Positions 1-12,290 of a stretch of DNA of 64,000 nucleotides are shown here, in pieces. The notes beneath the pieces were generated by a model. The model had not been told where the DNA came from, ran no database searches, and saw only the letters and a program-made list of their open reading frames with translations. The stretch lies in NCBI RefSeq assembly GCF_021028975.2, contig NC_059428.1:102300001-102364000 (forward strand), read 5' to 3'. The translations under genes and the position numbers were made by a program. Source of the DNA: Sphaerodactylus townsendi (taxonomy: Eukaryota). Position 1 is the stretch's first letter. Each line of letters starts with the position of its first letter.

Positions 1-726
1 GTCTGAAGGAAAATGGCAGCTGAACAGCATTTTGCCTCAACTCCCATCTGCACTGTCAAAATTCTAAGGGCTTGACAGGCTGTTAACAATTCAGCGAACG
101 TTCCAACCATGTTTAGAGGGGACTGGCAACTTTCAGAAAATGGGAGGAACTTTGACCTATCCATTGAACAAGCTCATCATTTTGAAGTAATTAGAACCTT
201 TTTGGTTAATTGGAAGATATCTATGTGGCTAGTAGCTTGGGTACCTTTTGCTGCTAACTGCAGATTGGTGGTGTTAAAAAAATCTGCCATGTATAGTTTT
301 GGCTCTATAACACTTTAATTTTGGTTTGATTTTAAGTTTTGCTGCTATGGGATTAACACGGAAAGAGACTTGGGCTACTTACTGGAAGCACAGCATGTTC
401 CACTTTGCATAGTTTATGATTCTGTTTGCTCAGGGCAGGGACTACATAAAATACTCACATACAGTTGGACAATCAAGTGCACCAAACCATATAGATTTTA
501 AAAAAACAAGGAGGGGCAAGTTATTGCTAAGCAATTCATATGAACTTTCCTTTGGCATGTCAAAGCAAACACTGTTATATCATCCTCACATATACAGATG
601 ATCACTTGAAAGCAAACTGAAAGATATACAGATGTAACAAGTTTACAAAGCTATACCCACCAGAGTCTTCAACAGAAGAATCTTTTCTCAAAATAGATTC
701 CTTTATTAAAATCATGCACTGACATC

Positions 727-1112
727 CAGAGGCAGAGCAGGGAGCAGGAGGGTGCGCAGTGCACCAGGCGCATGCCTGGGGGGAGAAAATCACCCTGCTT
801 CCCCAAGGCTCCCCCAACCCCCCCACACCTACCTTAGTTCAGCCTGAAAGTGCAGGCTCGAAAAGTGGTCTGTTCACTTGAGACTCAAAATGGCCTGGGG
901 GGAACTACACTTCCCAGGAGAACTTGCGAGCCCCAAGGTCTCCTGGGAAGTGTAGTTCCTACCAGGCCATTTTCAGCCTCAAGTGAACAGGCTGCTTTTT
1001 CCAGCCTGCACTTTCAGGCTGAACTAAAATAAGAGTGTGTGTGGGGGCGACGCCGTGGGGGCGGAAAATACAGAGTGTGCATCGGGCGCAGTATGACCCA
1101 GCTACACCTCTG
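727..1112. mobile_element. Non-autonomous hAT MITE with long internal palindrome
   Basis: Imperfect TIRs CAGAGGCAGAGC...GCTACACCTCTG; 8-bp TSD CTGACATC (719-726) / CTGCCATC (1113-1120); internal inverted repeat about 833-1028; second copy at 24282-24755. Confidence 0.85.
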
Positions 1113-2671
1113 CTGCCATCACTTGGCAATGTCTCCATTTTATACTGTGCTATATATGGTCTACGGTCTGCCAGCTACTGGGTCCAACTGCATGAATACT
1201 ATCTAGGTACCTTTCTGCATGAAACTGGCTGATAAATATTTGTGCACAGATAAAATATGCATGCATATCATAATGAACACTCGCCATTTATGCTGGAGGA
1301 ATCAAAAGTTTTGCTGCTACCACAAACTTGTTTGTCACAGCAGGAATGTTACAATGTCGTCCCCCCACCAACCTCCATCCTAACTCCATTTTCCATACAG
1401 CAAAGCAAGAATAGCATTGGAGTAATAATACCTGTAAAGAGAATGTTGCTTTCTTCCAAGTTACTGCTGAGTTTTATGCACTCTCAGCTTTTTCTCCCAA
1501 GTAGAGCTGAATTTTCTCTTGCTTACCAATTTAGGAAGGTGATGATAACAGAGACGTCTAATTCCTACTTGCTGAGACTCAGTGGTTTGCTATCTGCATA
1601 CAAATAGGTGTTTTTTGAGCCCAGTTTTATGCTCACAATGCTTTTTGAAAAATCTAGTTTTAACAGTCTCTTGAACTCTTCCCACATGTATATTACATCT
1701 TTTTAAGAATTTACTTTTATCGGAGAAACACTCTTTTCCTTGTGCACAGGCCTTACCTTGGTATATTGGTGAGGTATGTCAAAACACTCTGAAAATCCTT
1801 TTCTGGAATGTCACTGAAAGCTGAATATTCTGGAAAAGTAATGACAGGGCAGCCATCTCTCCCTCGCCCACCTAACAACAAAAACAAAACTTTTTACTCA
1901 CAAATTACTCTACTAAATGAAGCTATTACAGTCATTTCAGAGCATTAACATGAAAAAATTCTGACATCAGATATTCACTTTAATTCAATTATTTGTTTGT
2001 AGCCAAACTCATAACAACCCAATGTAATAATGTGATACCAGAAGGTAAGCAAGCCTCTCCTCATCCAGGCAGATTAAACTATTCCTATAAGAAGGCTTCT
2101 AATTCTGTCAAATTGTCTGTACTTTGCATTAGATATATTCATGGAGGAGGCTAACAGGTGTTATCCAAGGTGGTAAAAAAAGGCACCCTTAGGAGACTGT
2201 TGTCTTATAAGCTTCAGAGTCAATGACAGGGAACACAAATAAAGAATCAGTAATCTTAGCCTCCTTTTGTTTTACTACTGATGTGACCCTTGCTTTTGTT
2301 ATTGGAACCCTGGAAAAGAAGCCTTTAACAGCTTTGTGATTGTGAAACTTGTTGCTACATGGTTACCCATTTGGAGTCTAAACAGAGAAGGTGGGATTTA
2401 TTTATTTATTTATTTATTGTATTTATAAACCGCCCTCCCCTGAAGGGCTCAGTGATTCCCAAACTTTTTCAGGCTGTTGCCCCCTTGGCTTCCATATTAT
2501 ATCCCTATTGCCTCTCCCAAACACACATACAAACAAACACACACCTCTTTCTTGGTATTAGATCTACTGCAAATTCCAAACAATTTATAACTCTATGAGC
2601 ACACTGCAAAAACATGATCCAGTAAAAGTAAACCAATTTATTGAGCTGTTTTAGCAATATGAAAGGGTAGT

Positions 2672-2728
2672 GGAAGGAAGGAAGGAAGAAAAGGAAGGAA
2701 GGAAGAGAATGAGAGAGTGTGTGTGTGT
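2672..2728 (+). repeat. (GGAA)n/(GA)n/(GT)n microsatellite
   Basis: Simple repeats seen directly. Confidence 0.85.
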
Positions 2729-3803
2729 TCCATTTGCTACCCTGAGAACTCAACATCTGTGGCAGCTTCCTTGTGGGGGGATGGAGAAGGCTTTCCATGG
2801 CCTGTCCCCAGGGGTTTGTCTACAGAAAATGGAGCCTGAGGCAAGCACTGAAACTGAACCCCCAGCATCTGACACCCTTGAGCACCCTAAATCAGAAGTC
2901 AGCAGAGGTTCAGGGGCCATATCTTCTGAACAGCTTGATGGTTCATAGGACAAAAGTTAAATGTTATCTAGCAACTGAATTGTATTCAACCAAATGAACT
3001 TAACTGCACTATTTATGTTTGAACCACAATCTCAGCAAACTCTATCAACAGGGAGAAAAAATGACCCTTGCTGGAACTGGAAATAACATGCATACTGGCA
3101 CAGTAACAGAATCACTCTTGCAAGTGATTTCCTACATAAATCCAGTGGCAAAATAAACAGCTCTAACATTGCAAAAACACACTTCAGCATAAGATCCTTG
3201 AAGTTAGCTATTAACATTCTACAAAGCCCCATGAGAATGGGTTTCACAGTAAAGTTGCACTGGAGCCGTACACTGTGTTGAAAATCATGATGCTGGCGAA
3301 ATAGGGTCCTTGTATGTAACTCTATTTACTTGTTACACAATAAGCTTGTCGGTGCAGGATCAAAGGGTTAATAACAAATCCAAGAAAGTGGAATTAAAAA
3401 GGACAATTTCCGTTAAGTGTTACTGCACAACGGAAGTAACCAAATAACTATTATGTTTGCAGATGTGTGCGTTAACAAATGGGCAGAGTAGCCTGTTGTA
3501 AAAAAGAACACACAGCAATTTTGATCCAGCTTATAAAGACTAACAAGTTTTAATTAGCGCCCACTGCATGCACGCTTTCAACAAAAAAAGGGTCCGGTTT
3601 GTAAAAGCTTAGGCTCCAATGAAAATTTGTTGGCATTCAAAGCTACAAAACTAGATATACAAAGGCCTGGAATATATCCTGAAAAATTCAGAACAGGGGA
3701 GTTTTCCCTATAGAGGACTCCCTCCAATTTTTAAAAACAGAAATACAGGAATTGATGGGAACACGCAAAAAAACCCTACAAAACTTTTTCTCTTTCAGCA
3801 TGA

Positions 3804-3920
3804 GTAGGGAAGCCAATGTCTAGGTGGGGCCTGGAGATCTCCCAGAGTTATAACTTGATCTTTGGACAACAAACATCAGTTGCCCTGGAGAAGAAAATGG
3901 TGGTTTTGAAATGTACACTA
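3804..3920 (+). mobile_element. Fragment of TAGGGTTGCCA-type DNA element (MITE)
   Basis: tagggaagccaa...ggtggggcctggagatctcccaga...ccctggagaagaaaatgg; related pieces at 38200-38396 and 43600-43645 (ends ttggcaacccta). Confidence 0.6.
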
Positions 3921-4059
3921 GATGATGATGATGATGATAGATTTCACAGCTGCCAGATCTTTTGCTGGTTGTTGGCCTTCATTACAATTCGAGCTTTACC
4001 CAGAGTTGTTGTTGTTGTTAATAAATTAGTATAAGTTCTCTGTGTGCCTACCTTTAGAA

Positions 4060-4602
4060 GGGGAAACAGATGACAACCAGAGACAGCGCTTTTCACTAGT
4101 GGAACCTCTCTTGTGGAATGCCCTTCTGCCTGAGACTCACCTGGTGCCTCCGTTGCTTTCTTCTAGGTGCCAGGATAAAACATTTATGTCTACCCAGGCT
4201 TTTAATGAAGGGGTAGATTTTTTAAACATTAGTCTGGAAACTTTACATTTTGGAGTGTTTGGGAGGACATTTAATTCATAGGGTCATCATAAGTTGGAAG
4301 CAACTGGACAGCACTTACACACACACACATTTACATGATGTGCAATAGAGCTTTTCTATTGTAATTTTGATACATGATGGTTTTTATGCCTATTAAAGGT
4401 TTTGATTGATTGATTCACACACACATAGTCTGGAAACTGTTATTTTAAGATGTCAATAGTCTAGTTTTATGATTTATATTTTTATGCTGAGCTGGATTTT
4501 AATTGATATATTTTAATGTTTTGTTTTTCTTATTTTTACTTTGTAAATAGCCTCAAGCAAATTCCTGGAGAGGTGGAATAAACATTTTCTAGATAAATAA
4601 AT
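4060..4602 (+). mobile_element. L2 LINE 3' end, interrupted by nested insertions at 4243-4425
   Basis: Degenerate L2 ORF end (RFSLVEPLLWNALLPETHL), T-rich 3'UTR and AATAAA-type tail; similar piece at 59555-59830. Confidence 0.65.
4250..4330 (+). mobile_element. RTE-BovB/Sauria-type 3' tail
   Basis: ggaggacatttaattcatagggtcatcataagttggaagcaactggacagcactta(CA)n; 13-bp duplication TAGTCTGGAAACT at 4230-4242 and 4426-4438. Confidence 0.7.
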
Positions 4603-7600
4603 ATGCAGACATGCTGTAAGTACTATTGTGAAGGCTGGGGTAGATCTGCACTCTAGTATTAGGTATATGTGCAGAAGGTTTATTGAAGAAAATCAAGTCA
4701 TTTTGACATTTTATAAATATGACAAATTAATCAATGTTACATGCTAAACAAGCAATATATATATTTATGTTGTTAGGATAGGATAAGAAAGTATTACATA
4801 CATCTCAATTTCCCCCAAAGCATCTTTTAATTTTTTTATTAGAATTAGAAAATAAATTGAATTTGTCCATGGCTTCAAAATTGCCGGAAATGTTACAAGA
4901 CACTTGCTTAAAGTTGTGATGAAATGGACAGCACCATCCAGGAGGGAGGGGATCCCCCTGTGGAAGTGGGGATGTTCCTGCGCTGGTGGAAATGCCCATT
5001 CCACTGGTGGAAGAGGCAAATGTGCTGATGGAGGAGGTAATTACCTGGGCAGGAGGGTGCGATGCAACTCCACAGCACCTGACCAGAAGCAGCATCCATT
5101 GCCCAGGCCCACTGGTGCAAAATGCTGTGCCAGCATTCCAGGGTTGAGCTCAACCATAGTCAGCCTCCAGACCCCATTTGGGCCCCTTGCGGCAGTGGAA
5201 CCACTGGCTGAGATATACCACTATTTTCGTGGCACATCTCTATTCTGCACTCACATCTCTATTCTGCACTATGGGGGAGTGTAAGGTGAGTTTTGGGGAT
5301 TTTTTAACTGTTCATGCTCACCGCACCACGGGAAAGCTCTTTGGAGTGAGTGGACCAGTGCCAAAGCTGCACTGTCCCCACTAGCTGTGGATGGGGCTTT
5401 GAAATTCAATGAGATATTTCATTTTCACTTGATTTCTGGTCAGAACTACTGACCCTTCTGTAAGAAGCAGTCACTTAACTTGTGCTATTTGAAGCTGATG
5501 CGGTGAAGTGGTTATAAAAGCAACCTGTTCGTCAGGCACTTTGGTTCGAATCTCAGATCATTTATGCACTCACTGTATGACAAATGCACACATAAGCACA
5601 TTTTCGCAGAATTACAGTCAGGGAAAGATTTGCATAACTGAAAAAGAAATACCCCATAAATACAAAATCAATCATTATTACTTAAGAACAATGGCCCATA
5701 CCTGACAGATAGGCAAACTTCTTCCTCAGCTGATCCTCAATATCTGTAGCACAAAGTGGAATGATATCTTGATGCATGATTTCATCTGAAACAAACCCCA
5801 ACACACACTTTATACATTTACGTGGAAGTCAAATTCTTATATTCATTTTATGTAAAATTGCTGCACACATGCCACTTTTCCACAACTGTTCACATTAGCA
5901 GTTCAAAACAATTTCATACATTTATACTCTGCAAGCAGAGTATAAAATTATTTACAATCAACAGAAAAGGCCGTACTGTAAATTAACTGCACTACAAAAG
6001 GGGTGGCTCAAGTGGAAAATTTTCACTGTTTGAAGGGAAGCAGACCTTCCTCATTTTTTCTCCTCTTTCTGAAGCCCAAAATGCCCCCTATAACACTGTT
6101 CCAGGAAACAAGGAGGATAGAGCACAGTTGGATGTCTGCAGTGGGATGTGGGGAAAATTAACAAAAATCAACCTCCCCTTCTGTAATGGATTTTTTTCAC
6201 TGGATCCACATCACTATGCTGACCTGTAAATGAAATCTCTGTTCTCAGAGACAATTGTTCAAAAATGCAAAAGTATTCTATATCCTATCTTTAATTAAAC
6301 GTGCACATAAGTAAACAAAAATATTTTAAGATTATTAGGTCACAAATAAGTTATTTCGACACACATTTTTTCTGGCAGTGGCAAAAGCTATCAGGTAAAC
6401 TAATGTCTATATGGCATTACAACACAATTCTAACACCATGCTACCCAATCTGTATCTTGGAAAATATGCACAAAGAGACTAGTAACTACTAACTGAATAT
6501 ACAACTAAGCATAACATTCCATTTCATTCAGGTTAGGATCCAGAGAAGACTCCGTATGTGACAGACTTCCAGATTCCCATGGATTCATGTGATAAATTTT
6601 GCTTCTGAAGTAACCATTAGCACTTTAAAGGTGCAACTTCCAAAGTTCTCAAACTTCAGGAGTGGATTTCTCAGGAAGAATGGAGAAAGCTGAAAGCACA
6701 GTGCTATTGATCCCAGTCTCTTGAGTAAAACTACTTCATGGAAAGCTGTAATATTTGTGCGGAAAGGGGTCATGTTGAATGAAATCCACCTATCCATGAC
6801 CTACACTTTAGTAATAGGAAGCAATGCATCCAGGAAATGTAAAAAAGCATAGGAATGAGATGGGAGAGTAATTGACAATAGCAGACAGAAATAATAAAGA
6901 TGAAGAACTTGCTCAACCAAATATATGCTAGCCATTCTTCTGGTTGCTTCACAGCAAATAACGACAATATTATCATGATTCTCTCTTTAAAGTCATGTAA
7001 AAATCACAGAAATATATCAAATAAAATAATCAAATACTATTAAAACCTGTAATAAAATCCACAGATTTGAGCAGCTGTGTCCTACAAGTATAATCGTAAT
7101 AAGCATGAATTCATCAAAACTAATTTCATCCCTTCTTCAATATTTGATTTACCACAAATTGAACCATTCAATTGCAGAAATGGGAAAGTGAAGAAAGAAA
7201 GTGAAATTTAATGTTGCCCAAAAAACCCAAACACCCAACCAGGTCACAAGCCTGCAATGTGATAATGACTAGAACACAGATGGGGGAAAACAAAACTAAA
7301 GAGAAAGCTAATTTTCTAGGGATGCTCTCATATGACAAGAAATTGACTGTAGTTTTGGAGAAGTAATCTAGTTTCATTTCTTTGAACAAAACTTAAGACC
7401 AAAAAAAATTCTGTAGTACAAAACAGTACCACGCACTTAGGCAAATCTAAACATTTGCTGAAAAATCAGAGATTACTCAGGTAGATGACTGCCACCAAAA
7501 TATCTAATTCTCAACAAAGTATCTTTGAATACTTAAATCCAGGGTCTGGAGCCATGAACAGACCTTTCTACAAACTGACAGCCCCAGGTTTGCAGGGTAT

Positions 7601-8159
7601 TCTTAAATTTGAAAAAAAAATACACTGGGAGGTTAAAGCCTCCCAAAATAATAGGAAAGCCTGAAGCTTGAAGACACAAATTCCCCCTGAAGCCACTGTT
7701 AGGCAAACCTGACTGTCTTCCCATGGCTAGTTTTGGCCTTTTGGAGGGGAATCATCAGGGGTACGCCCATCAGCAACCATTGGGTGACTTGTTATCATGT
7801 GATCTGCATGACTCAGTGATGCCTGGCTACTCACTACTGGCAAGCCACCTCACAAAAGCCAATGTGATGGTATAGTAAAAGTAACCCCAAAAGTGTGTGT
7901 GTGTGTGGGGGGGGGGTGTCACGGAAAGGACAAATTCACAATATATAAGTAAAGGTGGTCTATTTAGTGATACCTAGTAACCCATACAAGTAAAAAAAAA
8001 AAGAATCAGCATATAACTGACATAAACCATAATGTACAAGAAGATAGTGAAACACACGTGTGCAAGTCAGCCAGCAAGTATAGGAAAATCCTTGAAACTT
8101 TCTTAAAGAATAAAAAATGCAAAAATCCTGGAACTCTAGAACAGGACGTCCCAGGCATT

Positions 8160-8370
8160 CTCATATACGAGATGAAGCAGGTAAGTCCCAGGTAAGGAAC
8201 AGACGTGAAAATCCAGAGCTACTTGTTTCACTGCCAAGAACAGCTTCATCATCTCTTTCCTGGTGAGGATCATTAATGATGGTGACCAAGATCATTTCTG
8301 TCCCAAACTCAGGCCTGAGTCTGGATTGAAATGGATCTAAAAATCCATCTTGCCTAAAAAGGGAATGGTG
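8160..8370 (-). mobile_element. L2 LINE reverse transcriptase remnant
   Basis: Translation FLDPFQSRLRPEFGTEMILVTIIND resembles the L2/CR1-group RT motif LDPFQSGFRPGHGTETAL. Confidence 0.75.
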
Positions 8371-8722
8371 GCCATCAGGCATTAATAATGGGGCCAATGG
8401 ATGCTTTATGCAGCGATCCATTTGAACAACCCAGCCTGGCTTGATAACAAAAGCTATGAAGGACAAGGATCAAGTCTCACTGTCAATGTATTGAAGATAA
8501 TGACCCAAAAGATAAAACTGGATACACTGGCATTCTACATTTCCCCCTGCATTTTCCACTAATAAAAATATGCTCATCAGACACGCTAGAGCACTGTTTG
8601 GTCTATTCACCACTGGTATCATCCATTACACATGAGATTACAAATCTTGCCTGGTACAGTGTCATTAAATATGAAAATAAGTGTAGCTGAGAGATTATAC
8701 TTTGTGAACTAGTTTTATTAGT

Positions 8723-9030
8723 AGAAGAAGAAGAAGAAGAGTTTGGATTTCTATCCCCCCCTTTCTCTCTTGCAGGAGACTCAAAGGGGCTTACAATCTC
8801 CTTGCCTTTCCCCCCTCACAACAAACACCCTGTGAGGTGGGCGGGGCTGAGAGAGCTCTGAGAAGCTGTGACTAGCCCAAGGTTACCCAGCTGGCGTGTG
8901 TGGAAGTGTACAGGTTAATCTGAATTCCCCAGATAAGCCTCCACAGCTCAGGCAGCAGAGCTGGGAATCAAACCTGGTTCCTCCAGATTAGATACACAAG
9001 TTCTTAACCTCCTACGCCATTGCTGCTCCT
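8723..9030 (-). mobile_element. Squam3-like tRNA-derived SINE, full length
   Basis: tRNA-like head with pol III A/B boxes (TGGCGTAGGAGG, GGTTTGATTCC on -), CORE-like body, (TTC)n tail; many copies in the window. Confidence 0.9.
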
Positions 9031-10409
9031 GCTGCAATAAATATGCAGTAGTGACCCCTGTGGTTTAAAAGTAACAAAAATATCATTCACTCCAAAATTA
9101 TTACCAGATTGAAGACGGAGCACATGAATTTACATATTCTTGCTTTTTCACTGGGATTTGTCATAGTTTACCATGGACAGCACTATTATGGCCACCATTT
9201 CAGTATTTTTCGATGAGAATATTAGTTCCATACAGAAATTAATATATCCTCATGCATGCAAGGTCACACCTGATAAACATATCATTTGTCTACCTTACCA
9301 GATGTACATACTACAAGCTTTGTCTCCTATCAGGGTTTCCTGTACAAGTATATGCAGCAAAAACAATGCCAAATGCTAGACGCATATGGCAACGTCCATA
9401 AGAGTGTGTGTGATGTCCTGCATGGATGTATATTTATGAATTTTCATATTAAAAAGATAGAAAAAATCTATAAAAAGGTTTATTCGGGTCCATTTTACAC
9501 AAGCCAATAACACAGGTATAGGATGCTAAATAACCTGTTCTTTGGGGGGGGGGGGCTTTGCACAGATCTCACCTCCCAAACAAGTCTGCCCCCTGTTATT
9601 TTCCCCAACCTGGTGTTTTTGAAAATCACTAAAGAAGCCATCCTTTTAAAAATTTCTGGATTGTAGCCACTTGCAAGTGAACAGCCAGGTAGGAGGCACT
9701 TAATTTGCCTCCCTTTTCCTTTTTAAAATTTTTTGCAGCTTGCATCTGGACAGGTGCAGATGGTCATATCGTGGGACACCTGCATGGCTGTGGGGGTTGA
9801 TTTGTACATGCCTGCATAGCAACACATATGTGGGAAGCGATTAAAAAATAGACATGTCTACAGGCGAAGGCGTGACAGCAACCTGGATTGTTTCTATGGG
9901 CTCCAATCCCCGCCTGCATGGATGCACGTCAATGTGAAAACAGGAAAATTGGTTCCGTTATCCCAACTGCAACCCGTTACACATTTGCTGTGCAGAAGGA
10001 GCCTTAGACCATTAAAAAATCCATCCAAACACCATGGACAAACACCAGTCCATTCATAATAAATTCGCCCTTGGTTTATGCTCATGTCTTCTTCTCTTAC
10101 ATGCATAGCAAAAACAGAATTCCAGAAACAAGGAACTATGCAGTCCAACATATTGAGCAAGAGAGAGGAAGCACAGGAGCCTGAAATTCTGAAGTTCATT
10201 CACACGAATACACACAAAACTGCCTTATACTGAATGAGACCATCAGGCCATCCAGATTGGTTTCTTTCCTTTCCACTTCTACAGCAATGGATACAGCAGT
10301 AGAAATATATTTCTAAGCCCCCTTTAAAATAATACAGTACTGTATAATCCCCCCTTTACAGGAAAAAAATGCCTTGGCACATTTGTGCCAAACTCCATAG
10401 TACTTTAAC

Positions 10410-10803
10410 GTTTAAACCACTTCCCTTCTGCTCCCTTACAATCTATGGGTGATCTTTCTAGGGCTCTATCTGTGTTTTTTTCCGGATGAGGAACCAAATT
10501 TGCAGCATAGCGGCTGGTGACTTTCTTTACAAGCACACCTACATTTGGTAAAGATTCAGACAGAGGGTCCAATTTTATGGGCTCCCATTTTTCCTCCATT
10601 GGAACCATGGAGGATGGATGGAGCACCCTTTTGAGGCCCTGAAAATTTTTTCCATAGGCTATAATGGAGCCAATTTTGGGGGAATTTCTGAGTCCCCCCC
10701 CAAAAAAAACCCCCATAATGGTGTGGGAATTCAAAAATCTCAAGAATGTTCAGGTTCAATATACCCAAATCAGAATTTTCCTGATTGTTTTTGTACACCT
10801 CTA
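10410..10803. mobile_element. Non-autonomous DNA transposon remnant
   Basis: Ends in TIR-like tgtacacctcta; internal repeated ccccata/aatgg motifs typical of squamate DNA elements. Confidence 0.5.
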
Positions 10804-12204
10804 GTCATCAACTCAGCCCCAGAGGTAAAGGTCTTGACCATTTCACAGAAACACAGATTAAGATCCAAAGAATTCACTATTTTATTGCTATTCATCTTTC
10901 TTTTTAAAAATTCTATAGATATTTCCAAGACTGAGAAGCGACAGATCATTCTCAAATTATGCAATCAAATGATTAACCCAGTTAAGCACTCTGAAAAATC
11001 ATCCTGTCTGCTTTTTATTCACAGTAAAGCAGTCATGGCTTTCCCCACTAATGGATTTCCCCACCATTGGTAATGTTGGAATTCCTCTCTCTTAAGACAA
11101 GAAAATCACTACTTCTTGCAGTATTTGTATTACTGTACTTGTTTATAGCAAAGTGATAACTACCCTCATAGCAAGGACAATTCATGGCTTACACAATTTC
11201 CTTTAAAAATTTTAACAGTGTCAAATTTAGTCATTCTTGAAAGTATAAATGTGGATATTCATCATGAAGTGCCTGAGTTATAGATGTTCTATTTAATCAT
11301 ATAAATTACAAAATTGGACATTAGAACTAGGAAATGAACTGTTGCTCACCAAACACAAATGAATGTATTGTAATAGTCTGTAAAAGAGATCCTTCATTTT
11401 ACAACTGCCATATAACAACTTAAAAGCATTCTATTCATCATCTACAAGTGGAAATTGCAGCCCTGAGGCACATATTTAATTCTGCATCCCTTTGGGGCTT
11501 TTACTTATGGAACTGTTCATATGGGAGGAATATAAAAATACTGAAATTGCAAAGAAAGAAAAAATGAAAAAAAAAACTGTAGGAACCTTTATAAGGGAGA
11601 CAAATGCCATTTCCTTTAACTAATTAAGGAAAAAAGGTCTTCGTAATTTCTTAATTAGAAGGTCAGTTAAATGCTCTTTTTAAACTTTCACTTAGCAACA
11701 GAGGAAACATTTAGCAATATGTTACAGATGTGTGCAACTTTATTCATTTGCATTTCAAATTTTTCATTCATTTGTGTTTTATTCACAATTACACATATTC
11801 ATTTGCCTTGGTAGATTCATTTATAAACTCCCATCAGTTTCAGTGGGAATGCATGCACATTCTGTGTTCCTTCTGGATTATCTCCACCAGTACCACATTT
11901 CTTGTGCTGGTGGTAATCAGATTGGTGTCTGCAACTGAACAGACTTTAACATATATTAGAATATCTCACACACTGAAAATTGCAGCTTCCTACAGTAAAC
12001 ATGCAGTGATGCTCAGACTTGGGTTTCAACTTGCATATACTGCTATGAGAGACTTGGAAAAACCTGCCCAGGTGGCACAGGCAATGCTAGATTGAGATAG
12101 TTGACCTTTACAATTTCTCTCACTTCATATAGCACATGCAATGAGCGTTATCAAAAAGCACCTTCCAGGATATATTCAATGATCAGAGCTAACTCCATTT
12201 TTTC

Positions 12205-12290
12205 CTTGATGTCAATCACATCTGACTTATGGCCAACCCCATAGGGTCTTGAAGGCAAGAAACATTCAGATGTGGTTTGCCATTGTCTCA
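12205..12290 (-). mobile_element. 5S/Sauria-type SINE 3' fragment
   Basis: Similar to the 3' halves of copies at 47236 and 55218. Confidence 0.6.

Noticed and set aside
3290-3600. Possible enhancer (CGGAAGT ETS, ATCAAAG TCF motifs)
   Set aside because: Single short motifs without conservation data are insufficient
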